Shown here: one piece after another, positions 1-12,310 of the stretch | Position numbering within the stretch: position 1 is the stretch's first letter | How the letters are laid out: each line of letters starts with the position of its first letter | Position numbers and translations under genes: made by a program | DNA from: Camelus ferus | Lineage: Eukaryota | DNA: 64,000 nucleotides | NCBI RefSeq assembly: GCF_009834535.1 | Contig: NC_045696.1 | Coordinates: 24,058,001-24,122,000, forward strand | Direction: 5' to 3' | The notes under the pieces: generated by a model | The model's input: only the letters and a program-made list of their open reading frames with translations | Databases searched by the model: none | Told to the model about the DNA's origin: nothing

Positions 1-1597
1 TTTGTGTCATAACAGAGTGGCTAAATGAAAGGGACATACTCGAATCACTGCAGGACCAAATTAGCAAATTGAATAGTTTTGGTATGTTCACAGAAAAAAC
101 AATTAGACCATGTAACCTCGAGAGAAGCAGGCTCAAATACATAGAAATATCACATTGGAGGACTTGCTAAGGATGTAATTGAACATGGATGAAGGAGTAA
201 AGCAGAAATTGCTTATCCAAATTCTTCCCTAAAATTGCTCAGTTCAAAATAATTAGCTTCCAACCTTGAAAGATAGTAATAACTTTCACTGACTCTTACT
301 GTTTTTAACTTAAGTATGTTTGTAAAACTAAAATCACTCTCAAAGATTGCCAGGTTGTCACTTTTCTGAAGACAAGCCCTCAAAATTAGCTGACCAAAAA
401 CTCCTATAACTAGGCAACAAACTGAGCATACACATTCATCTTTTCTTCCAAAACACCATTGAAATGTCTCCACTAAGGGTGTTCAAAAGGGAATACCTTG
501 GTAACAAAGTTGTAAAAAGAGGTGATGGAGGGTAAGGAGGTGGCCTAAAAAGAACATGAAAGCAGATGAGAGGCTCACATGGAGATTTAGCCCTAAGGTA
601 GAGGAAGCTGTACTCAACAGAACGTATACACATTGAAGAATTCGGTAATTCAGAGAGGACCCTTCCTCTAGGTGAAGATCTGGAGAAACTAAGCTAAAAG
701 TCAGCAGATGAGAGAGAAGGAATGGACACTGGAACTGTGTCAATCAGGGTCGAACCAGACGAGGAATTCCAGACGAACAGAAACCTGTCACCACAGGGAA
801 TGCATTACCCTGATGATAGGGAGAACTGGGGGTGCCCAAGGACTTGATGCGGTGATGCAGCCCAAAGATAGAAGCAAGCCATCTTGCCACTTGTCAAGGG
901 AACCTGAGAGATAAGGTCTTTGCTTTGTGGAGCAGGGCACAAGGGGGCTGGGAATACACCCAAGATTACAAAGCCACATGGCACACAAGAGACAGTTCTC
1001 GGGGAAATGCTTTCTAAAGAAACTAACTGACAAGAGAGAACTAGGGCCTTCAGTGGGAGTTAATACCTACAGCAAAGCCTCATTCTCATTAGATTTTTTC
1101 CAAGAGTGGGGAGGAGAAGATTGCCTCCTCCCACCCCACACAGTAAGTGCATGTGCTGTTCTGCACACACACGGTTCCTGTCAGAGAAAACCCACCCCTG
1201 TTACTTATATTCATTAATTGAGTCTTTGATTCACAACATTAGGTAGACAACCAAAGAATACCGCTCATTTGAGGAAAACCAGAGGGTCCAGAAAAGGGCT
1301 GAGATAAAGAAACTGAACAAGTGATCCCAGAGAACACATTAGTTTACTAAACAGAATTATAATTAGTCTCTTCAGAGACACTCAAGAGTATGCCGCCCAC
1401 AAAAAACAAAAAACAAAAAACAAATAACCTCACATTCAGGAAGAAATCACAATGAAAAAGGAGCAATTAGAAAATGAATCTTCTTGGAAATTAGATGAGA
1501 CTGGCAAACTTTTGAAAAGTCATTAAAGTGCTGTAATACGAGTTAAAATAATCTTAATCTAGAACGTAGAGCCAAAGCCCTAGAGATTCCATCTGCA

Positions 1598-1934
1598 TGT
1601 TAGAAGATAAACTGAGGCACATTAAAATTTATAGGAGTTTATTTGAGCAAACATCAATTTAAACTGAGCAGCACCGAACTGAAAGTAGTTATGAGGGCTC
1701 CACTCACAATGTGGGGAGAAGCTTTTACAGAGAAGACAGGGAAGCCGAGCAAAGCAACTACCTGATTGGCTACAGCTTAAGCAGTGGCCTTCTTTGGGAA
1801 AGCCTACCTAGATGTTTGTTTTTAGTTGGCCTTAAGTTTCACTTTGTCAGATCGGAGTGCATTGATTCTGGCTTAGGTTTCAGTTTGTTTACATAGTCTA
1901 GTAAGGCGTTAGAATCACCTTGGTCTAATGGTCA
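1598..1934 (-). mobile_element. ERV1-class solo LTR (MER34/MER39/MER57-like), nearly complete
   Basis: The minus strand ends ...ctcaaataaactcctataaattttaatgtgcctcagtttatcttctaaCA (polyA signal, U5, terminal CA) and has a CCAAT box. The 5' terminus is lost into the AT-rich tract. Confidence 0.7.
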
Positions 1935-1939
1935 AAGCG

Positions 1940-2350
1940 ATAAATATATATATAAGTGTACATATATTTTTATATATTTATATATATTTTATGTGTTATA
2001 GTTTCTATATTAAACATATTTTATATATTTATATGTTTTATGTATTATGTTTTATATATTAAATATACTTTATATTTTTATTTAGATATATTTAGATATA
2101 ATTTATATAATATAGTATATATTATATTTATATATACAATATAGTATAATATATTATTATAAAATTATATATAATTAAACAAAAAGTTTAATTTTCTATG
2201 CCTGTGTATATATAATTAATGTATCCACTTTATAATTCGTATGTGTAAAATATATTTATATAAATATAAAATATAAATATGTAATATATAATTTTAATAT
2301 AGTATACTTTATATTATATATATTCAATATATAATTACTTTAACATATAT
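1940..2350. repeat. Degenerate (TA)n / AT-rich low-complexity tract
   Basis: About 410 bp almost entirely A/T with repeated TATA units. Confidence 0.95.
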
Positions 2351-3669
2351 AGAAAATAAAAATGAAGAAACAGAGACTCAAGCAGGAATTTCAATATCCT
2401 TATTTAAGAAAAATTCCCAGAAAAGAGAACAAAACAAATAGATGCAGAGGAATTAAGCAGGAGAAAAAGGAAAAGGCAGAAGAGAAGGAGGAAAAACAAA
2501 GTCATGGGAGTTGAAAGGAACGCCCAGGGGCTAACTGGGTGTAGGATGAGAGAGTCATATCCAGACACCAACAGGATGGAGATAGATCTTTTAAAGTTCT
2601 CAGTCTGGGGTAACAAAAATGTGAGGGTATAAAATAGAGACATTTTTAAACACACAATGAGTTATCTTTACTTACTTCTCTTTAAAAAAAAAGTAATTGT
2701 GGTTTCTATTCAAACCAACAAAAAAAAATTGAAGAAAGAGAAGCCATAGGATCAAAGAAATAGCGCACCCAACACGAAAATGCCACAAAAAAAAATTCCC
2801 TCAGATTAGACTCTGTGGCATGTGAGAAGAAAAATGGTCAGAATTGAAACATGAATACTGAGGCGTTAACCACAATGTTTCCAAGATCAAATGGACTAGT
2901 TTAGACATACAATATCCTTAAAAGGCAGGACTGTTCTGAGGCTGAAATAAAAGTTTCAGCTTCTTCTTTCAATAAAGAAAATTAAAAGAAGATTAGAAAT
3001 GCATGAAAAACCAAAGACCTATATGAGGAAGCCTTGGACCAAATATAAAGAAAAGTATAATGTAGGATGATTTTGAGCTACTCATGGAATGAAAGGAAAG
3101 AGAGCCACTTGACCTTCATTCCTGGAGCATCTTTTGTCACGTGGCCAAGGTTTGATGAAATAGGATAACATCATTCTACCCAGTTCTTTGGTTATTAATA
3201 ATTACTGTAATTATAATATTGAAAACATTTATTGGTTCTGAATTTTAGAATATGAGATACAGATAAAGGGTTAAATATTTAATTAATTATAGTGGTAATA
3301 CAGAATCTAAATAGTGTGTATTTGGTCAATGTAAAAATAATGGCACAGCTAACAGCTAAGGAAGTATGGAGGAAAAGTTGGAGGAAAGATGTGAAGAAGC
3401 ACCAATTTTCTTATCTTATTAATGGGCCATAAGGAGTTGATGAATGTCAAGTTTGATGAACAAACACAAAGTTTGGTAATAACATGACTAATAAAAATTC
3501 AAGGGGGTAGAAATCGACTGGAAGTAATGAGAAGGTGTAAGTTTACAAATTCATCAACTTCCATATGAAAAAATAAAGAGGTGTTTTCAGTTATAAGCTT
3601 GGGGTTTTACAACCGTTAAACAATTTTAAGGGGCTAATGTAAACTAGAGGTATACATGTACAGTTTAGC

Positions 3670-4024
3670 ATAGGAGTTGCAAGTTGGTAGCCCACACATT
3701 AGTTGTATAAAAGGGGACTTTTTTCTGTTTTTTTTTTTTTAATTTAATGTATACTGTTTGTAAAAATTAGAAAACTTAACCAAAGCATTCATATTTTCAG
3801 TTTTTCTTGGGGAAAAAAAAAAAGTGGAAGAAAGATCTAGCAATACTGATGCTCTGCATTCCCATTGGCCATTGGCCAGAGCTGGCGGGTAGCCTTCCCT
3901 TAGATGAAGCCTGTGCTGCGCCGTCAGCCCCGTAGCCTGGTCCCCTGCCTGTGTTACTTATGCCCTGCTTTATCTGTGTACTTTACCTGCCTGGTCTCTG
4001 TGAAACTGGAGTTTATGATCCTCA
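3670..4024 (+). mobile_element. hAT-Charlie non-autonomous element, MER102-like
   Basis: Segments gaaagatctagcaatactg...ctgcattcccattggcc...ccttagatgaagcctgtgct and the end ttacctgcctggtctctgtg...gagtttatgatcct resemble the MER102 consensus as recalled. Confidence 0.65.
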
Positions 4025-4409
4025 CTGAGAGTTATGATGTTTAATGCCAGGAGAACCACATGTGGTTCAAGGTTGGTAATTTTGGAGAAAATGGGGTCAA
4101 GGTGGGAAGAGTGTAGTTTCAGAGATAATAATCTTTTATTTCTACCCTTCAGTACCATTTGAACCAGCTCTTTTATTTTGATGTCTGTTTGTCTACATAC
4201 ATCTGGGTCTACGGCTATGTCTTATCTGGCCCTAGCCTAGTGACAAACTGATTCAGAGATAAAACTCCAGAAGGAATAAAGAGACCCTATTCTGGTAGAA
4301 GGGTTAAATACAAGCTGGAAGATGGCTTTCAAAGCAATGGTTCAGGGTCAGGAGTCCATGGATGCTATAAAAAATAATAAAACAAAAAATTAGGATAACT
4401 TATCTGCCT

Positions 4410-4780
4410 GGTGGAAGTAATATAATGTTTCTCTGCTCCTGCTTGTAACCAACTGTTAACTCACAAATACCTGTGTGCTCCTCTATATTTCCCAGCCTCC
4501 TCTGCTGGATGTTGCAATTAAGTGGCTAGACTCCTAACAGAAAGGACGTGGGCAGATGTGATGTAAGCTACCCCCAAGCCTGGCCCATAAACTCTTCCCA
4601 AGCAATCTTTCAGATCTCTTTCCCTTCTTCAGCAAATTGGAAGCCAAGTGTTCAAGATGTCTTAGACACAAGACAGAGGGTGCCCATCTGACCCACACCG
4701 GACGGTGATGTGAGTAGGAAATAAGGCTTTGTTGTGAGATTTGGGAACTGTCTGTTCCAGCAGTTATTGTTAATTACCTA
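4410..4780 (+). mobile_element. ERVL-MaLR solo LTR, old MLT1 (J/K-like)
   Basis: Contains tatttcccagcctcc...gtgggcagatgtgatgt...ccaagcctggcccataaa and a 3' segment gatgtgagtaggaaataaggctttgttgtgagatttggg, typical of MLT1. Confidence 0.7.
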
Positions 4781-4783
4781 AAC

Positions 4784-4858
4784 CAGTGGCTCTCAAACTT
4801 AGCCTGTTTCAAAATCACCAAGAGGTCTTGTTAAAACACAGATTGCTCACAGGTGATT
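4784..4858. mobile_element. MER5A-like hAT MITE fragment, internally deleted
   Basis: cagtggctctcaaactt...aatcacc...cttgttaaaacacagattgct. Confidence 0.75.
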
Positions 4859-6351
4859 TAATATTAACTCTGCTACGTACCAGCATGGAAGTCATGCTTA
4901 TTGTAACTCGACTGCACTGAAATGAAGATGTAAAAGAGCGGGTGATGCCAGATTTCCAAGAAGTAACACAATGGTACATTTATCTTCACTGAGATGACTA
5001 TGAGCAGTCCAAAAGGTGATGACTTCAAGTTACCTTGAAGCAAAATTTCAATTGCAGCATGATTATGATCTTCTGGGAAACCAGAGGGCAGACAGATCAG
5101 CCTCCTCTGAGATCACCCCTGTTGAGTAAAAGCATGGGTCCGACTGCAGGTGAAAAGTATAGGCAAGAAAACCACAAGACACTGTGTTTGCAATGGTTCA
5201 GTGCTATCATGGGAAAGTCACGTCGTGGAGTCACGGTAAGTGCACATCTCATACCCATACGTCGAACTCTAACAGTTTTAAATAGGAACTCTTCATTTCC
5301 GAATAGGAGTAATAATAAAAATTTAACTGCCAGAGGAGGGAAAATACGCAATAGGAATCCCACAATTTTATGTCAAGAACATTGGCAGAAAAAGAATGCA
5401 TTTCTAATGACCTAGGAGTGACAGATTCAATCCTAGAGGTTAAAAGCAGTGATCAGACAAAATTCAATTTTCTTCTTTTCTCTTTTCAGATATGAAAAAT
5501 GTACCTCTGTGTGGAGGGTATTTCTACAGTATTTTTCACAAGAGTGATTTTACCATATTGCCAAATTTGTCACTGTTCCATTTCAAAGAGGTAGGTTCGC
5601 ATCCTCTTCAATAACTTCACACCCTTCTTGTGCCCTCTACCACAAGCCATGCAAACTAGTCTTTCTTCTTATGTATGAAAATATAAAGCATTTTTATTTT
5701 ACGGCTTAACTCACTACTGTTTAATTTGTTAATTGTCTTACCATCATATGATAATAAATTATCCATGTTTTTCAGAAACTACTTTTTCTATTTCATTTCT
5801 TTATCTTGTTTTTTTTGCATAGATCATCACAGAAAGTCCTCTTGGACACTGCCATTAATATTCCTGAGCAGAACTTTGTTACTGCTAATTATTAATGGAG
5901 AATCAAATGAGAATGGCTTGATTACACTATTTGATTTTTCCCATTCTATTTGCAATCCAATGGGATATTCATTCTTAATGTTATTAACTCTTCACATTTA
6001 AATTTTAAACCTCAATTATAAGCCATCTGTTGTCCTTAACTCCATAGGTCAAAAAATAAATTTAGATTTTCTCAGTCCTCTTGAGGAAATTTGAATATAG
6101 GAAATGAAATAACACGGATTGTATTACAGTTTCAGGGTTCAAAATTTTAAATGTTTCAAATTATTCAGAAGAAGGTAGCCTTTAATTCTATTTTATTCAT
6201 ATTGTTTTTGCAATAAACAGTATTGACTATTATCTACAAAGCATTGTGCCAGGTGCTGAGGAGGCTTCGAATATCAAGAAGACACAATCTCTTCTATTTT
6301 CATGGAAACTAGAAGTAAGGTAAATTCATAAATAGTTATGGTCCTGATAGT

Positions 6352-6741
6352 TGTTAAAAATGGGACAACAGACCCAAAATGGAGTCACTTATGCTAAACT
6401 CATGTCATCAAACCAGGACTTAACACGTAACTTACAGTTTCAACCTCACGCAGGAGTAAAATCATAAACCAGTCAACCTGAAATAACCTGGTCAGCACAA
6501 GTGAGGTAATCTTCCTGATAGATCTCTGCCATTCCCTAAAGGAAGGTGATCTTGCGACAAACAACCTACTGTTTGCTAGTAACTTCCTTCTACCCACTTC
6601 TGCCTGTAAACGTCTTCCATTTTGTCCAGATCCTCAGAGTTCCTTTTCTATTTGTTAGGTGGAATGATGCCCAATTATGAATGGTTGAATAAAGCTAAGA
6701 AGATCTTTAAAATTTACTCAGTTGAATTTTGTTTTAGAACA
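6352..6741 (+). mobile_element. Complete ERV1-class solo LTR
   Basis: TG...CA termini, cccaaaatggagtcacttatgctaa near the 5' end, AATAAA near 6688, and a 4-bp TSD with one mismatch (tagt 6348-6351 / cagt 6742-6745). Confidence 0.8.
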
Positions 6742-7357
6742 CAGTAAATTTTAAGTTCCTTAAGAAAAAGTAGAATGTAAAAGCTGTATATCAGAAGATA
6801 GATCATTTGTAAGAGCAGTCAATGACAGTTGCATGGCCCTCTGAAGTAGCTCTTGAAGAATTGTAGGATATTGATTGTAGAGATGGCAAGTGTAGATGGG
6901 AGGAGGCAATACTATATGGAGCATTTCAAGAAAGGACTAACTTTGGAGGATGGTTATAAAGACAACAGGGGGTATCATTAGTGACAAGGCTGACAAAAGG
7001 CAAACTAGAACCAGATTATAAAAGTTTAAATGTAACATTCAGGGGTTTGGAATTTATCCTGTAGTCTCTACGGGTGTCACAGACAAGTGAGAGAGTGACA
7101 GTTTTAAGGAGATGGTTCTGATGACAAGTGTGCACAAATAAATTACAGAAAGTCTGAAAATCAGATTTATGAGATATTGAGAGGAGAGAAATTGTGTGGG
7201 TCAAGCAGAGGGAGAAATCAGAGATAACTCAGAAGGCGAAAGCCTGGTGAACTGAGTGGATGATGACTCTACATGCAGCAGAAAGGAAGTCAGGAGAAGC
7301 AGCTTGCTTGGGGAAATCTGTTACTGTAGACTAGTTAATTTTAAAATGTCTTTGGCA

Positions 7358-7456
7358 GTGGTGAGGACATAGCTCATTGGTAGAGCGCATGCTTAGCATG
7401 CATGAGGTCCTGGGTTCAATCCCCAATGCCTCCATTAAAAATAAATAAATAAACAT
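7358..7456 (+). mobile_element. tRNA-Ala-derived SINE (camelid Vic-1 type)
   Basis: A box tagctcattggtagag, anticodon arm with AGC (gcttagcatgc), B box gggttcaatcc, (AAAT)n tail, and a degenerate TSD aatgtctttggca / aatgcccttggga. Confidence 0.85.
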
Positions 7457-10400
7457 AATGCCCTTGGGATGCAAAAGGGGAAATGCAGAGCAGAAAGATG
7501 AAAAAAAGGAGCTGGAACTCCAAAGAGGGCCAAGTGTTAGTGGTAAAGATTTGGAAAATGGTTAAAGCCACAGGAGTGATTGGACTCAAATGAAAGAGTG
7601 TGGTGATAGAAAGGTAGAGAGCTAATGATTATTCAGGACTAGCATTACCCAGTTTACTTCATTCACACTAAATTCAAACGCTAAGACTGACGCAGTACCC
7701 AGAACCTCCGAAACAGAGAATGGTCAACAACATCAAATGCTGCTGAAAGAGGCAGGGCTGGGGGTTTCTGTTTGAATTTGGGATTAAAGTCACAATTGGG
7801 AGACTGTATAAGCAGTCTTTTTATTTCCTCAGGTCGAGGGTAGGTTTGGCAGTTAGCTACATCATCTGACAGAGTCAGATATCAAACTGGGTAACTCCTA
7901 CCTCCCCCAATCCACCTGAAGTCTGAATCATCCATTTGGATTTTCCAGAACTGACCACATTGTGTTGTAACCCCATGTCTTCTGGCTAAACAATAAGCTC
8001 CTTAAGGGAAGGTCTCTGGTCTTACAAGTGCTTGGTCCTTTAAGGAAGCTTAGTACATTTTTTGATAAATAGAGTAGTTGAATGAAAAGTGGCCAGAGTT
8101 GTGTGTAGATCCTCAGCCATTCACGGGAGTAATGAGGAATACAAGAAGAGAACCAAGGATTCAGTATGACGTGTGTTCTGGGGCCAGAGACCTACTGATG
8201 ATAAAGATGATTTAGGGGCCCTAGGATGGGACAGTGAGTCAGCCTTCCCACTGCTACCAGAAAGACATGATTCATGGATTAATCAACAATTATTCTCAAT
8301 TTACAAGTAAGTTTACAGAGGCAGACAGGTTAAGTCACTTCTAGAAGATCACAATGTGTCAGCAGGAGATCAAAGCTTGTAGGAACTGGTTTAGCATAGA
8401 GCTCCTGGTCTGTAACCTCACCTAGAGAGGTTCCAAACTTCCCTGAAACTTCACTTCTTAGGTGATGAGTTATGAAGGTTTTCCCTGAGGTTAGTGTTAC
8501 ATGAGCAACTCAGGGGAAATGTACTTTTAAGTGACAAAGAATTACCAATGCTGACATTCTCATTTTAAAAAACCATATGTGGCTTGCTTTATTTAAAAAA
8601 AAAAATTAGGAGTTCTTGACTGGAAGGTAAAACATATCCTACCCTCACCCTCCCCAGAAACAAACATTTACTGAATAATGAACAAATATGGGACACAATT
8701 ATTTACTTATGTTTTATCCAGCACCTTCAAAATGACAAGTGGATCATTGCTCTTCCTTCTAAGAGGTATATTAGATATTGGTTTAAAAGGATCATTTCTT
8801 GAATAACAACCAGGAACAAGCTGAGGCAAAGTTACCTTCCAGCTTCTTTTTTGACCTCACTGCAATCTTGAAACAGGGCACGGAAGAGTTAACCTGAGGC
8901 CCAGACAGTCTCCTGCTGATCGGTAATGAGCAATGAGCGAGAGCTGCAGCTGAATGTCAATAGCTCAGTGAACTTGTGTAACCCAGCTGAGCCCTCTGCT
9001 TGCCAGAGCTGGAGGAGGTAATCAGCTTGACCCATGTGACCTTCCTGAGGCTGTGCTCTGTCCTGGATCCAGAAGCTTCTTTGCATATGACTCCTACAGG
9101 CTGTTCCATGGAACCCCTTTCAGGAGAACTGAACCTGAGTCAGCCTTAAAAGGAAACAAAATATAAATGAGTCAGTGCTGGTTACAGGTTGCACAATATG
9201 GTAGGTGTTTAAAAAAAAAAAATTAATGGGAACATATCCTGGAGGCCTCAAAAAGATTTCCAGGAACAGTTATGACATCTGCCCTTCCAGCATTGAAGGT
9301 TATATAAGAGTTCTGTCAGTACCTCACATTTCTTTGTGGAGTTGTGTTTCCTCCGATGCTTTCAGCTTTCTGGTTTTGAGAAACTGATTTGCTTTTGTTT
9401 TATTGTTTACTTATCACTGTTTTCACTGCATTGTTCCAAGGAGGCCACACACAGAGTTTACATCATAGATTAAGAGCATATTTCTTCAGATCTTCATTGA
9501 ATTTTGAAAGAGCATTCCATGTTATTCTGTTTAATAAAAGAAACTTGAACAATAATTTAAGCTCCTGTCTATCTGTGTCTAAATATACTGTTATTAAAGG
9601 AATGTTATTCATAAACTGAGAGTGTGAATGCTAATTCTGCTGTTAAACTGTATAACTTACATAACCAAGTAGAGCACAGCTAACAGTACTTTCCATAAAA
9701 GTCAGGAAGAGTGATTTGAATAATAAACACGACCCTATCCCCTATCACAGACGATGCAAATCCATAAACAAGTCCCATAGCAAGTACACAGTTTATATTC
9801 CCAAGAAAATGAGGCTTAAATGTAACAAAACGATTCAGTTGACTTACACTCGTAACAGTCTTCAAGGACCCAAACCCAAAGGCACATTATTCCACCCAGG
9901 AGCCAGAGGCTATTCTTACCCGGAAGGAAATTTACCACCAAGTATATTCATTGAGCGTGCTCAGTCTTTAGTAAGCAAGAATTCTTGATCACGACTAATG
10001 GATTCTGCCTGGAAAAATTTTCTTCTATACTGTAATTTTCCTTGGTTTTTATAATAATAATTTCTAAAATCCTTATTAAACAATTGCTCCAGAAAAGGTG
10101 AATTCTTTCTCTCATGTAATCAGCCACCATCATTACTTGGCAGATTACAGGAACAAAGGAGATGCAGTTTCAGTATGGGCAAAGAAAACAGGCAAGGGAA
10201 ATCAGAATCTGTGATCGGATACTATAAAATACTGTGTAGCCTTCTTTGGACAAGCACACATGGTTTAGACTATGGGGGAAAAAAAAGCCTGCTAACAAGT
10301 CTATATTAAGCTTAACATTATACTCTCAACTTGGTTCTAAGAGAAACAACACAATTATGAGCCCTAAGATGAGCTGAGGTAACAGATGGTGAAGATTACT

Positions 10401-11799
10401 TGAGGGAGATGACACCTATATATTTGACCACAACTGTCAAACATACACACAGAATGGCTACATAACAACTGCATTTTTACCCGGACTTGCCCATTTCTGG
10501 CTCAAGCATCTTGTAACTGACAGCTTGAACATCTCTGAACAAATATCTTAAGAGTGCAGTTCCCAAAGGAGGTTTGATTTTTCCAAACACACGCCACGTG
10601 CCCGAGTAAATCATGCATGGAGACAGGGCTCTAACAACCAAGTTAAACTAATAAAATATATTTTCCTCGCGGATTTTTAAAAGCCCGTTAAGATTGGATC
10701 ACATGATAACTAGTTATTTTAGCAAAGTCTAAATTTATACACCGTTTGCCTCTAGAAAGTGTCACATGTTGGTTTCTGCCCGTAAAACACTCCTTTTTAC
10801 AAAGATTTGTAGTATCAATCTCTGCTAAAGGAAATTAAAGAGCAAATCTGCTTTGTCTAATTAGATCGCATTGTAACAGCACAGAAGAACTTCACTGCTT
10901 TATTTGGAGTGTCTCTTTTTTTACTCCTCTGTCCCACTCACCACCACCCACACTTCCCTGAAGGGAGACTAGCTTTGTCAAAAGATTTCCTGGTAAATCA
11001 AAAGCACTTTGCTGATAGTAATAGTGTGCATTGCACCAGAATGAGACCTAGTAATGCAGTGCTCTCCAAAATGAGTCCCTGCTGGCTCCGGTCGATCAGA
11101 TGCCTAATACCTGAAATGAATAAGGAGGCTTCAGAAATTGCTCCAGTAACTAGGTTAAGCTAAACAAATATACTTACGTTTTGCATAGCTCCATAGTTCT
11201 ACAGTTGAAATATAATTTGCACAGATTAGCTGCCAAAGTATACTTTTTGTGTTCTACTTATTGAGGTTACGAAATGACCGCGTGCTATGCACTAGGGCCC
11301 ATCAAGACAGATAAGTCTCCCATCTCACAGACATTTTTAAGGGCCTTATTTGATGGAGAGCAGACTCAGTGTCAGAATCTGTGATGAGTAAGGGTGAGAA
11401 AAGATAATTAAGATACATGCTTAATCTAAAGGAGTTTCTATCCCAACAGGAGTGAAAAAAGACAAATAACAGTTATACATAATAAAGTTGTGCAAATACC
11501 ATAACAGAACGGTGAGTCAGGTTCCAGGAGTGCCCAGAGATGGGGGAAGTCATGGGTTCTATCTGAGCCATTAAACAAAGGCTTCTCAGCAGAGATGGCC
11601 TGAGGCATTCAAGGGTGACATCAAGTAGGAAGTGTGACAGGAGACACAACATACCACGTGGCAGGTACATCCCAGTGTGTGTGCCCCGTGCTGCAACGCT
11701 GGGGCTAGTCCTAGGTAAGGGAGGAGAACAAAAAAATCCAGAAGTTTGGGCAACCAATTTTAAAATATGTTTAATATGAAAGAATCCAAACATTAACTA

Positions 11800-12120
11800 A
11801 AGGAAAGAGAGTAAATAATCTCTCAAATGCCTGTTGCCTAGATTGAAAGATTATCAAAATGTGGGCATATTTTTTTCATGCACCTTGTTTTCTTTTCTTT
11901 TTTTTTCCTCTTTTTCCTTAGTTTTTAAAAAAGTATATCCCAGGCACGTATCAGTTCACTTCTTCTGACTTCATTATCTATCTCTAAAAAAATAATAGGG
12001 AACAATGCCGTTATCACAAACAAAACTAATGCTACTTCTTAAGTACCATCTAATAGTGGGTCATATTAAATCTCTCCATTTTTTTTTTTTTTCCAAAACT
12101 GTCTTTGGTTAGTTTATTAG
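11800..12120 (-). mobile_element. Old L1 (L1MC4/5-like) 3' end fragment
   Basis: aacaatgccgttatcac...ttcttaagtaccatctaatag...catattaaatctctcc resembles an L1MC 3' UTR. Confidence 0.55.
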
Positions 12121-12184
12121 GTTGGTGAGAGTTTTTTTTTTTTTTTTTAAATGGCACCCCATGCAGTTGAGTAGTCTCTCATAG

Positions 12185-12310
12185 GCATTGAGAGTTCCCG
12201 GAGGACCCAGACTGCATCTAAATCCTTGTTGAATAGCCCCGTACCTAGAACAGTGCCCAGCTCAGAATTAACCCTAAATAAATGTTTGCTGAAATGCATT
12301 GACCTGAACT
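12185..12310 (+). mobile_element. L2 3' terminus
   Basis: cccgtacctagaacagtgcccagctcag...aataaatgtttgctgaaatg. Confidence 0.7.

Larger units (their letters stand above)
1220..3120 (+). mobile_element. Ancient HAL1/L1M-like LINE remnant (ORF1-like region), interrupted by an LTR and an AT-rich tract (1598-2350)
   Basis: A-rich, purine-biased segments at 1230-1590 and 2350-2460 (e.g. ttcccagaaaagagaacaaaacaaatagatgcagagg) resemble degraded L1/HAL1 ORF1. No intact ORF; boundaries approximate. Confidence 0.45.
6190..7790 (-). mobile_element. L2 LINE 3' remnant, interrupted by an ERV1 LTR (6352-6741) and a SINE (7358-7456)
   Basis: L2 3'-end-like text (cattgtgccaggtgctgagg...) followed by purine-rich L2-like body (tggaatttatcctgtag..., tggtcaacaacatcaaatgctgctga). 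Confidence 0.6.

Noticed and set aside
4774..5415. 126-aa ORF (5035-5415) in a frame whose only internal stops over about 214 codons are four TGAs; considered as a viral insert, NUMT or selenoprotein relic
   Set aside because: No recognisable protein motif and no mitochondrial gene similarity. A run of this length without TAA/TAG is roughly expected once across six frames of 64 kb.
7358..7435. Possible tRNA-Ala(AGC) gene (also 25746-25822)
   Set aside because: Imperfect stems, an A-rich tail and TSDs show these are SINEs.
9919..10008. Minus-strand exon-like block (ttttccag/...CGG/gtaaga)
   Set aside because: Stops in all three frames and a weak pyrimidine tract; no support without expression data.
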